A DNA stretch of 58,375 bases, filler included, from Dugesia japonica (lineage: Eukaryota): assembly GCA_001938525.1 (NCBI GenBank). It is 6 parts of 6 records of this genome, joined end to end, with 100 filler letters (N's around TTAATTAATTAA, not from the genome) between each part and the next. Parts side by side here need not be neighbours in the genome. Positions count along the whole stretch, not along the records: positions 32,383 to 41,045 come from MQRL01648266.1; positions 41,146 to 49,689 come from MQRL01640226.1; 4 more parts are not named here. One strand, given 5' to 3'. Position 1 is the first letter of the stretch; each line of letters begins with the position of its first letter. The position numbers and the translations under genes were made by a program. The notes beneath the pieces are model-generated. The model ran no database searches and had not been told where the DNA came from. It worked only from the letters and a program-made list of their open reading frames with translations. Shown in pieces: positions 35,431 to 47,774 of this stretch.

Positions 35431-38159
35431 ATTTATTTAATCATCTTACAAAGGAGCTATGCGAACTGTCAGCTTTGGATTTGGATAAAATTTAGCATAT
35501 AGTTCGTATCCTTTAAAAATAGTATATTCGCTTTTGAAATAGTGGGAAAGTTAAATGATTTTGAAAATTTTATTAAATTTAGTTATTTTCATTAAAATTG
35601 AATTAAATATTGGTGGAAACATTATTTTGAACATTATTAAGTACACATTTTACATAAAAATCACACTCTTTATAATCAAATGTAATAAATTTGCGAAACG
35701 TTTTGTTATAAATTATTCTGTTTTATCAATATCAAATTCAAAACCTGTCGAAGCATATTTGAGGATTTTATTATATTTAAGAATTTGTAAATAATTGTGA
35801 ATTAATGATTGAATTATAATAATAATATTTCATTCTTTTAAATAATTTGCTAGTTTGTTTTATCATAAATTCTTCGATATAAATATTTCTACTCTCTATG
35901 GAATCTAGAATAAGTGGATAAATTTAAATGGATGTCATTTAAATTAAAATTTTCGATTTCTCGAGAGTTTCTTTCTGTGATTCTCGATTTCTTGAGAATC
36001 ACAAAAAAACTAAAATTTTAAATCTCAAAATTCGAAAAAGAATTTCTCGAGCAGAAACTCTAATAAGAATCAATTAAAAGCACGGTACTATGATTAATCA
36101 ATGGTTTTAAAAATTTAAAACTCTAAAATTTACCAAATCGTTAGTCAATTTGCCACTTTTAAAACAATAAACTTTAATGTTAGATAAATTTATCAGTTTT
36201 CTAATTTTATAAATGTCTGAAAGCAATAAAGAAATTCATTGTCATAATACAGTTTGATTATTAATTACATAATAATTTAGCAGTACTACTGGAATTATTA
36301 TTGAGAACATAAACGAAATAAATAATCCTCAGTCTCATTTAATGGGTGACAATAATATTGTATTATATATTTTAATATTCTTGGGGAGAGGACAATGAAC
36401 AGCAACAATCAAATTGGTGATATGTACTCAAAGAAATATGTTTAATGTCCATCTTTGTAATAAGTAGAACATTGTTTATCTTAGCCTTTTGTTATCACAA
36501 ACATGNATATATAAGTATTATAGCATTACTTTTGTCAAAATATTTTAACTTACATAAAAATAATTAGAAATGGTAGTAAAATGAACCCCACTAAATGTGT
36601 GCCTAGCAGAAAATAGCTTATTTAAATGCTCGATTTGTTACAGTTTTAACATTGTATGGAAATCGACCGATGTGAATACCGCTGGAAGAGTAACTAGATT
36701 TAAATANNNNNNNNNNNNNNNNNNNNNNNNNNNNNNNNNNNNNNNNNNNNNNNNNNTAAAGGAGAAATTAATTTAAATGTACTTTTTCACTTTAATATCT
36801 TTTCAATTTTATTTCTTGTGTATAATTTTTCTTGATTTTTAACTGTAATATTCTAGATTAGAGTAAAATGTCGCGTCGAATGATGGGTAAAATCATAAAA
36901 TCATAAATTTCACTTGATTTTTAAAAAAATTCCATGAAAATTTTTATTTTTGAATTAAAAATTAAAATTTCCATCAATTTATACAAAAAATTATAAAAAT
37001 CTGTAAATTGAAACGATATGTTGTAAAAAATCAGAAAAATAATTATTTTCATTTGAATTAAACACCATATCATTAATTTCACCTAATTTAAACAAAAATT
37101 GATTACAGGACGTATTAAACTGTATGAATTTCTGTAACAGATTGTGTGTGTTATGTATACGGCTAAATCCAATCCAGTTGGCTGGCGAATGGAAAGGAGG
37201 GGTTGTTACAGTGTGGACCTATTTTTAATGCAAATTTTCAAATCTTATCGAATTACGTATAGTTTTTAATTTAATTGTTTTATTTTTAAAGAATAATTCA
37301 ACAAAATTATTTACTAAAATATTTTTAATATAATCAACAATCAAGATTTCAAAAAATCGATATTCTGTACTCAAATTCTCTTATGTATATAAATATATAT
37401 ATATATATATAAACATTGTACAAATTTTATATTTCCTAGTTAAGTACCGTGAACCAAGTGAGATTGACTGGTGTTTGTTTATACTGCTGTTAGCATTCGT
37501 ATTTTATTAAAACAATAACGAATTATTCTATCGTTACAAATGAATTCCCAGAACAGCTTCTTCACAAAATTATATTAATAACTTCTTTGATTTTCTTTTA
37601 GTTGTCAATTTTAATGATAAATTTTCATGTAGAATTATAGTTATATTTAAAGCAAAAATAGAATTATTTTCTGTTGTTTTGTTCTTCTTTAAAAAATATA
37701 AAATTATTCTTTTTATTTATTACAGTTTAGGTTTTTCAGTGAGAAAGGAGCGAAATTTAAGATTCACTGAAAGAAAAACAAAATTAGTTAGTATAGTCAA
37801 TTAATTTAATAAATGCCTGAAATCAGTAGTGAGGTTCATTTTCAAAATACGGTTTTATTGTTATTAACATAGTTCTACGAGATTTGTCATAGAGAATAGA
37901 AAACATAAAAGTTGACTTGCAAACTTCTCTAGTTAAATCTATTTTAGCAATCTTCGGTCTCAGTTGACGGGTGACAATAATATTGTGTTATATATTTTAA
38001 TATTCTTTGGGCGAGAATAAACATTAGCAGCTGATATCTTTTTATAAAAACTGTTCCTCTAAGTTCTTTTCAATCCAGGTTGAACTTTCTCAAATAAATA
38101 GTAAACTTTTTATATAAAAAAAGTCATTTTTACTTCTTTATGAGAAAGCAGAGCTATTA

Positions 38160-38640
38160 GAAAAAATTAAAATAAAAGCTTCGATAAATTTTTTTATAAT
38201 ATTTCGAATTTTCGACTTAGTTTTCGTCGGGAATAGAATATTTTGATTTATTCAACATTTATATTAACAATCGCAATACTTTTTCCAATTAATTAATTTG
38301 ACTGTATTTTAATTGGTTAATTTTTATTCTTATTTTAATTATTAAATTACTATAAATTAAATTTATTTTAGGATTATCTTCTTTTATTAATGAATCTTCA
38401 TGTATTTCCCAATGAAGTGTGGAAATGTAACCTAGTGTTTTTCATGTTATATGATGTTGTTCTGGTGAAATTCTGTTTGTGTTGAAAGTGTATGAAGACT
38501 TGATGCTCCTTAATTATTCGGATGGTTCTGGATGTTTCACTTATATACGTTTCTTGACAAATGGTGCATGTTATTTTATAAGTGGCATTTTTCTTATTGC
38601 ATATATTTCTACCATCATAAAAAACTCATTATCCTGCAAA
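38160..38640 (-). mobile_element. Penelope-like element 3' end (GIY-YIG endonuclease plus pLTR)
   Basis: CNKKNATYKITCTICQETYISETSRTIRIIKEH...LIKEDNPKIN. Downstream sequence shares AAAAATTAACCAAT and ATCGAAGC.TTTATTTTAAT with 39780-39890. Confidence 0.88.
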
Positions 38641-39279
38641 GAAAATGCAAACGTTAATTGAAAAAGTAGTTTTCTAGAAAATATGCATTGATTGTACTAA
38701 AACTTATAGTTCTAAAGGAAATTTTTAGAATTTCGAAAATAAAATTTCTAAAGAACTTCAGTCAAGTATTTTACTAATAAATTAAAACAAAATATAAAAT
38801 GCAAAACAATTATTACAAATTAAATGTTTAGAATTAAAACAAAAAAATGAAAATTTAAATTCATTTATTGCAGTCATTTATTTTTGACTGATCAATAATT
38901 ATTTTTTAGAAAAAAATGGTAACATTTAATGGCTTTCTCAATGCTGTAGATTTTTTGTCAGAAAAAATTTTCTACATACTTTTTTTTAATAAATTTCATT
39001 CGTAGATTATTTAAGTCATCTATTTCATCCTTAGTAAATTTTCAATATTCATGATATAACTGTATTTATTCTTATTCTTATACTTCTTTCTTCCATTGTT
39101 GTACTTGTTAAAATTCAGATTTATATACAAATATTTACAAATTATTTATTTGTTTGTTAATGTTTTGTAAATTAAATCTTTTTAATTTTAAAAAATCTAA
39201 ATATGTCTTATTCTGTTTTAAAATTTATTAATAATCTTTATCAAATCTTGGAANNNNNNNNNNNNNNNNNNNNNNNNNN

Positions 39280-39318
<39 letters not shown>

Positions 39319-39569
39319 TAATACTAATTATAACAAATAAATAATCAATATTTTATTAAAACGTTTTAAATGGAATTTCGATTAATATTTACTAAACGTT
39401 TCGATATATTTTATGTTATTTTTAGGAGTAATTTTTTAATCCTTTTGAAATTTCTTGAATATGTTAACTAATATTACGTAATCAGTTATGTAATCTCCTC
39501 AACAAATCATATCAATGATAAACATTCAACAGAAACTAAGAATGACTTGCTTGGACATTATGTTTTACA

Positions 39570-40690
39570 TTTCATTAAAATAAGAAAAAGCTTCGATCAA
39601 AATAAAATTTATTTGTAAAAAGGTTCAAATTTTCGACAAAANNNNNNNNNNNNNNNNNNNNNNNNNNNNNNNNNNNNNNNNNNNNNNNNNNTATTCAATA
39701 CAATAGATCTTTGTTACTTAATTCTTCAAATTTTATCGAAATTTTATTGGTTAATTTTTTTTATATAAAAATATAAAAATAATAAAAAAAATTAACCAAT
39801 AAAATTTCGATAAAATTTGAAGAATTAAGTAACAAAGATCTATTGTATTGAATATAAATTTTATTTTGATCGAAGCCTTTTCTTATTTTAATGAAATCTC
39901 AAATGCGATCAATGGTTAAGTCCAATAATTATTTTCACAATAATTGTAATTGTAAAATTATGTTTTACATTTTTCATTTTAATCATCAAATTTTTATATT
40001 TTATTTATTTAAAGATATAATTAGTGATAAACATATTCACACTGAATTGTTTAAAGTTCTTAAGGTGATTTGTTCAGAGTCAGCTAAATTATATGTTCTA
40101 CCTAAAATTCATAAGTGTAATGTTTAATCCTTATCCACACGATGAATTGTACAAACAAGCTTCTTCATTTCTTTCCAATATTGAGAAAACGTTATAATTG
40201 TTTATTGAAATTAAACCATTAGCTTATAAAATGCTATGTGGATGATGATGTATTTCTGGTTTTTAATAATCAAGTAGATATTGATCATTTTCTAAGCTAT
40301 GCGAATTCCGTGTAATTATTTACATTAGATTCACTACGGAAATGGAAACTTTCTTTCCTTGATACATTATCTGAAAGGAAATCTAATCATTAGAAAACAG
40401 AGATTTATCACAAATCAACAGATATAGAATGTTTGTGTATTTTCTGGTAGTTTATGTTAATCCTGTTACAAGTTCGACACAATTGAAAGACAGTTGTATA
40501 GATCGCGGAATCTTTATGCATCATAATTGAAGAATTGTGTGAATATTGCATGTTTGTAATTCATTTGATTTGTTACATTACATAAACTGTTGATTATATA
40601 ATTAAAAATCTTTATATTTAGAACTTTTAAAAGGATTTAAAATCATACATGAGAATGTTAAATATTCTGTCGAAACATGTTGTAATAAAA
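39570..40690 (+). mobile_element. Penelope-like element with inverted 5' terminal repeat and deleted RT
   Basis: Long inverted repeat at 39570-39897 (perfect ~70-bp inner arms), then SESAKLYVLPKIHK, YVDD, FTTEME, SFLDT, IYHKST. Confidence 0.8.
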
Positions 40691-41948
40691 TATATAATTA
40701 TTATTACAATTATTATAATAATTATTATTAATACAGTTGGTATTACTATTATTTATATTTTAAGAAATAGTTTATGCTTTAAAGAAATTAAAGGAATAAT
40801 AATTTATTAATAATTGTATAGATATCTTTAAACTCTTTTATTATAGTTGTTAGATGAGTATCCAACACACATCGCTGAATTCATAAGACCAATACTTTTC
40901 ATTTATTACAGTAGAAGACAACACAATAACATAAATTTGTTTATCAAACAAATTTAAAACGATTTCTACATAAAATCGATATTTTTAATATTTTAATTTC
41001 TTATAAATTATCAATTTTATTAAAAATATTTCATTAATCTAATCTNNNNNNNNNNNNNNNNNNNNNNNNNNNNNNNNNNNNNNNNNNNNTTAATTAATTA
41101 ANNNNNNNNNNNNNNNNNNNNNNNNNNNNNNNNNNNNNNNNNNNNTCATGAAGTTAATTTAGAACGATAGTTACAATTAAAATTAACACATGCGTTTCAT
41201 GTGTAATTAATTGGTTATGAGTTGGATTTGATATAATTTAATCAGTATTTAATTAGTGGTATTGAATTTTCTGTTCTATTCATTTTATACTATTTTTAAC
41301 TCAAAATTGGAATTGAATAGTATCGAGGTTTCGTAAAATTTTTCACATGTAAGTTAATAAAAGAAGTCTGTCCTACATAATTTTCAAAAACCTTTTCATC
41401 CTAAAAGTTATAAAGTTCTATATTATTTACAATGGTAAATGAATAAAGTGAAGAAAACTTATTTTATAGTCTGGTTTTTAAAAAATCATTTAAAAAATTT
41501 ATTTTCAAGAACAATTTTAATTTTTCATAATTCCTTACTATTAAATATTTCCGATTAAAAAATTAATGAAATAGTGAGAAAAAATCTCAATAAACAATAT
41601 AATTTCTTGGAAAATTAACTATTTCGTCTTTATTCTAATTGTTTGTGTTTTTTTCTTTAATTTTATATATAAAAAACCGATTAATCGGTCAAATTTTCCA
41701 ATTAATCGATTAATAGGAATTTTTAAAATTTCGATCGATCGAAACATGTCCTACCTGTAATCTCTATTGAATGAAGTTTTTCATGTTAATTCTAATTAAT
41801 ATTTATTGAAAAAGAAATTAACGTGATTTGTATAATTGTAACTGTTTTTTGATGACAAGAAATTTGGCTGTGTGTAATATTGTACTGAAGATTTTAATTT
41901 TAATGCTTTTCATAAGTTTGTCTTTTAAGAAAGTGTAATACTTCTAAA

Positions 41949-44900
41949 TAGGGTTTGCAATCCCGGGATTCCGTGTAATTTCCCCATTCTAAAATCCCAT
42001 AATTCGTTTGAAATAATCCCGGGATTTTGGGACTACAAGTTTTTTAATTATTAGTGTGTAAATATAGAACTACACAAGCGCGTAAGAAGAAAAATACATT
42101 AAAAACAAATAAAATAAAATACATCGCAACAAAGGCAAAACCATATTTGATATTATTCTCTTGCCTATTTGTTACAAAATAACAAGATAATTACTACGTC
42201 ATCGGACTGGTATCCAGGATCATATTTCTACGACGATCTAGCATTCCTCAGTTAATGATATAATTTTGTATCAAATAAAAAGGGGTTGTTAAAGTTTTCT
42301 TAGGGGCCAGCATGGGCTCAGAACTCTTAAGTAAAAAGAAAAGAAGAATTAATTAAATCCAAGTGAGCTGTGCGGATTACTGCTGGAGTCCCTTCGAACT
42401 CGAAGTACATTACTAGGTAACCATAATCGGCTATTTAATGTTCATTAAAGCCGATTAACTAAAAGTCAATTCAGCTGTGTTTGATCTAGCTTAAATTTCT
42501 TTAACCAACAGAGGGAACAGAGTATTAAAAACCAATATCTATTTCAGACTTAAATATACTATTTATCCATTAAATGGAATATAAGGAATAAGCTGAGAAG
42601 AACATATTTTATATTTCATTATTTATAAAATTATAAAGGTACATAATTTTAATATATTATTGTATACATTGAAATAAAATAATTGTTTTGTATAAATCTG
42701 TATTTTTATACCGGAGTTCAATGTATTTTATGATAAGAATATAAAAATAGTATATAATATTTGGTTGACAACTAAGTAATTGCTGATGTTTTGAAAATAA
42801 GAGAAACACTAAAATATTGGAACGATATATTTTAATTAATTAATGTATTGTCCAAGGTTATTAACAACTTGCTGCCATCTTTCAGGTAACATCATTACGT
42901 GTTACATTCCTCGTTCATAAAACTCTTCTGATTTATCGGCATAATACAGGAATAATTGCGATTTGACATTTTCATTGAACGAAATAAATGGTAATCTGAA
43001 GAGGCTTGCCAAACTTGGTCGTTTTTCTTGAATTCTATGTTATATTTTGTCAGTTGTTCAATGTATACATCAGAATTAATCCTTTGGCTGCTTGATAAAA
43101 TGTCAAAGTATATAATTCCGAGGTAATTACGCCAAATTGATAGCATAACTTTTTTTGACGATTATCGGTCTTTGATGACATTTGTGTGGGTTCACCTTGC
43201 TTGCACCATGATTTTTTCCGACGACCATTCTTAATTTGAAATTCAATTTTTATAGCCCGCTACCAGCTTTTTCATGAATCGACAATTTGTGTTGTGTTTG
43301 ATTAGCAAATCACAGATATCAATTCGTTGTGTTGTGAATTTCTCTAAGTTCATGAAGAACCCATATATTGAGTTTTTTCACATGGCCAATTTGTTTCAGA
43401 TGCTTTGTAATGCATGAATGTGAACAGTTGATCTTAGTTGCAATGTCTCGCGCTGCGATGCTACGACCCTTTCTGATTAGAGCTTCGATTTCGTTTCATG
43501 TACTTCTCCTGGACGCTCAGAGCGTTCTGTATCATTCACTGATAAATCATCGCTGCGGAATTTAGCAAACTGATTTCTACATTGGCGTTCTTTTACAGAT
43601 GTCTTGCCATATACATCACATATCTTTTTGTAGGCCTGTGATACGTTTTACCCTTTCCAGTAATAAAAGAGCAAATTATTCCTGAAATGCATTTTTTGAC
43701 TTTCCATACTACAAGTAATTTATGAAATTAACTTACATATTGCAATTTAAATATATCAGCTAGTTTATAATAGTATTTAAACAATAATTACTTCAATCGA
43801 ATTAAATTAAAAACTGAAATAAAATTCTTCTGCGGTAAAATCGGTAATTACTTAGTTGCCAACCCAAAAGTATATAAAAGATAGTATTGTTCGCATTATG
43901 ACCGATGGAGAAAGTGTGATGAAGAAAGTAGGAAACATTTTACCAACAAATCAACAATTATGATTTATGCATGCCATACAACTGGCTATACTTTCGATTA
44001 CATACGAGCCATCCATCCATTCTTAATTTGTCCAATTTTAGAAGGAAAGCAACGACATTGGCAATATAGCATATGAAAATGATGATGAAGAAGAAAATGA
44101 TTCTGGGTCTGGTTACAGTGACAGTGATTATAAAGATGACGAATATTATTTTGCAGTTAATAATAATTTAAATCAGGAAACATCTGATATAAAAAATCAC
44201 CCATGAAATGATTGGACCGGTCATAAAAAAATAAGAAATAAGAGTTTTTATGTTTAAAAGATCACTAATAAATACGGCAATTATTTACAAAAATATGTAA
44301 GAAGTTATTTTGGGAAGGTCATTCAAAAAAAGATTGCAAAACACGATGGAGTAGCCTACCATATATGCTTGAAAGATTTCATTTGTTAAAAATTTGTATA
44401 AAAAGGCATTAGTTTATTTCAATATTGACGATTCGTTACAAATGGAAGAATATGAGTATAAAATTGTTTCAGATGTAATTTATGTTAAGTCCAATTAAAT
44501 TAACGATTGATGCAATTTATAGACTCTGCTAATTTAAAAACTGCAGATATTGCATAAGAATTTATGTTGAAAGAGCTGCAACAACAAAATTCCAAAATCA
44601 GTCGCAAAACTCTTTCAGCTTTAATTCTTCAGATTAGAAAGAAGAGAATTCAATTAAGCTTAGCTTAATATCTTCACAATAATCATAATGATTCAATAAA
44701 AATGGCTGAAGCTTTTGTATCATCCACAAATACTAAAAACAGAAAACTTATGTTGGAGTTTCTTAAGCGATCAAATGCAACCGATTTAGCAGCTGAAGTT
44801 ATTAAGGAAGCTTATACCTCTGATGATATTACGGAAATATCATGCAATCAAAATATACTTTATAATGAGAAGTCTATGAGTGAGCACTTGAACTAAGCCC

Positions 44901-45498
44901 TGGAAAAAGGTTTTATATCAGCTATTAAACATCCAACACGAGTTGAAAATACATCAGAACTGCAAAAAAAATGTCGTTATTTAAAAGTGGTGGCAAAAGA
45001 GAGGACTATCTACAAAGAGTTTATGATTTTGTTTAATGACGATTAAAACTACAAGTGTGGAATCTGAACGAGCGTCGTCAGCTGCTGGTTTGATAAGCTT
45101 AAAAATTCGGATCTGGCTAAATGACAAAATGATTGAAACATTATGCTTTTTAAGATCATGTTTTCGAAAAATAAATAATTGATCCTTTAATAATAATCCT
45201 TTTAAAATAATTAGTAATTTAATTTTAAATTTTTGTGATTTTAGTATAAATTTTAAGCACAATGTGAGAATGCAAATGTTCCTTTTGAAATGANATGTTT
45301 TTTATTATGTATTTGTTTATGCTCTATAATTCAAACTAAATAAATGAATTATTTATTTTTAAATAACCTACATCAAGAAATATTAATTTTGTTGATAAAA
45401 AACCAATAACACACAATTTATGTACCGCTTTTTCATTGATTTTAAAAAAATTCAAAAAATCCAGGGATGGAAATTTTTCGGGATTTTTGGAAGCCCTA
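41949..45498 (+). mobile_element. hAT DNA transposon, both ends present, transposase decayed
   Basis: TIRs TAGGGTTTGCAATCCCG / CGGGATTTTTGGAAGCCCTA. 8-bp TSD CTTCTAAA / CTTCGAAA (7/8). Motifs IVRIMTDGESVMKKVG, MHAIQLAI, TSVESERASSAAG...LNDKMIETLCFLRS. Confidence 0.92.
42760..43867 (-). mobile_element. Mariner element nested in the hAT, internally deleted
   Basis: TIRs TTTGGTTGACAACTAAGTAATTGC / GTAATTACTTAGTTGCCAACCCAA. Translation MESQKMHFR..LLFY, WVLHEL, MLSIW...GIIYF, SDYHLFRSM. Confidence 0.92.
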
Positions 45499-46250
45499 CT
45501 TCGAAATAAAAAATTGTGTAAAATAAATAAATAAAATAAAAATTTATATTGTTCATAATTTTTGAGATATGCTTTTAAAAACACAGTCTCATCATTTAAA
45601 CGAGAATGAAGTTGTTGTTAAAAGTTCGAAGAATTGAATATATACTTTCTGCGTTTACTCAAGTGTAGCAGTCATAGTTAAAAGCAGATTATGAACAATC
45701 TTTGCAAAATATCCCCTTTTGCCTTCTTGAATTCTTTGTTCATTGTTTTTTTAATTGGTGTCCATTCATCAGAAGTTCATAATTAGTTATTTTAATTGAA
45801 CATTCGGTGATTCTTTTTTGAGTACCTTGAATCAACATGAATTTTCACTTTTTTGTTAAACTCTTTTTTTCACAAATTATAAATCTTGTCAAATGTTTAT
45901 CCCCACTTCTTAAAAAATATTAATCGGATTAGTAAATTAATGTTTAAAACGATTTTCTACATAGCTATGTACTACTCACCAAACACTTGATAATAATCCA
46001 AAATTAAAATGAATTTCCTTTATTATAAAATAAATGAAAAACTTTTCCGGGCCCATTTTGAAGAGCAAAATACTTAATATTTTCAAAAATGATATTTTTA
46101 TTTATTACTTTAAAATATTGAGAGTCCCAAAATCCTGATATCTCAATTGATTATACCTATTAATTTTAAAGATACGATATCATTTCTAACAAAAAGGCTT
46201 TAAAAAATTATAAAATTAGATTTTAAATATTTATTATCTTTTTATGCTAG

Positions 46251-46938
46251 AAAAATCTGTACAACAACTTCACCAGATTTTGGCTGAATTCAGTTTACCT
46301 GAATTTTATCAAGTCTTTGGAATTAAGAATATCAAATGTGCTCCATTAATTGCATTTCCACATTCAAGAGGTAATGATCGACTTGTTTCTCCAGTTATGG
46401 TTGGTCCTGGTGGGACTTCTCAACAAGGTTCAAGTTCAAACATATCCCCTGCAATGATGTCTGGTACAAATATATTTTGTACAAATCAAAATATAACCGG
46501 AACTGGTGCTTCGTGTACCGGTTATCTGGGTGCAAGTAGCATTGTTCCTGGTTCAAGCATATCATTAACATCGAATTGTGGTCAACAAGTTATGTCTCCG
46601 GCTAGTAAACCTTTTAAAATTAAATATAATATTTATTGTCTTTTAGATCTGTATAGAGAAAAAATTCCTATGGGAATATCGATGATAAATAGTTTTTCGG
46701 TAACTCCAAATCCCAATACTTATCAGCAATCAACACAATCAAATAATGCACCGTCTTATTTGACATTAAATTCGTCTTTTAATTATCCTACATCTACTTC
46801 GGAAAGAAACATCGAAAATTTGACTTTAAGTTCTTTAGAACTTTTAACTGACACTTTGTTAGAAATCATGGGACTAGTGATTAAAGATATACCAGATTAT
46901 AGTTTTTGGATACATAAATGGACTGTTTTGGCCNGGAG
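46251..46938 (+). CDS. NF1: Neurofibromin internal exon(s); probable 42-nt intron at 46605-46646
   Basis: EFSLPEFYQVFGIKNIKCAPLIAF and LSSLELLTDTLLEIMGLVIKDIP..WIHKWTVLAXR match NF1 [24 protein letters not shown] ... [34 protein letters not shown] (recalled). Phase-1 acceptor gctag| and phase-2 donor |gtaagt. Confidence 0.9.
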
Positions 46939-47330
46939 GTAAGTGGCAGTGTTTTCAATATTTGTCCTTGTTATCTCAGTTATAACATAATTTACATATT
47001 GCACAAAATATCATAATAAACATTGTTTTACATAGATTTTTATTTTAATTGTTTTTGCATAGTGTCTTCAAAATCTATTAAAATTTTATTCAAAAATAAC
47101 ATGTTCAAAATCACTCAATATCTTTATTTTACGTTAATATTGTGTTTCAAAGATCTATTCATTGAATTTAACTTATTCTGTGCTCGCTATTTTATATATA
47201 GATAGAAATGGCAATACAAATGAACTGACATAACTTGTAATTGGTGGCCAAGTCGTTAAAAGGATTAATAAATATACTAACATAATTGTTATTCGAGGCG
47301 TTAATTATTTCATTAAACTATACTATATAT

Positions 47331-47774
47331 CAGTGATTCTCAAACCTTTTTAGGATTTCTTGCGTGGCGGTCTTATAGGGGTTTTTTCATGACTCATGAA
47401 CCATTTTAAAATTTACAATTTAAATTAACTAAATTAACGTTTGAAATTCTAAGTTTTTTTCCATATTTTGAGCGAAATTTAGACAAAACTCTCGCTGATT
47501 TTAGACTAGACCAGAGCGTGGAACCTTGTTTTCTAATAAAAAGTAAAGATTTTGGTAAGAGTAATCACATTAGGCGCAAACATAAGCGCCATACGGTGAA
47601 TGAATGAATGCATTACTATCGTAGATATTTAACTGAGATATCTCAGGGTAACCGATTTACCCTGCTCTGCAAAGTCGTTGACAAAATATCTCAGGAAAAT
47701 AATCCCCACAAGGTCCATCTGAAACTCCTTTACGATCATCTATAGAACCGTGTACCCCAGTTTGAGAACTACTA
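47331..47774. mobile_element. hAT-type (Charlie-like) MITE
   Basis: TIRs CAGTGATTCTCAAAC / GTTTGAGAACTACT, with a typical CCCCAGTTTGAGAA end. Confidence 0.75.

Noticed and set aside
38479-38661. Plus-strand 60-aa ORF as a host exon
   Set aside because: It is the antisense shadow of the GIY-YIG endonuclease.
46244-46315. USB1-like match (EF.L..FYQ)
   Set aside because: NF1 explains both ends of the exon and the splice phases far better.
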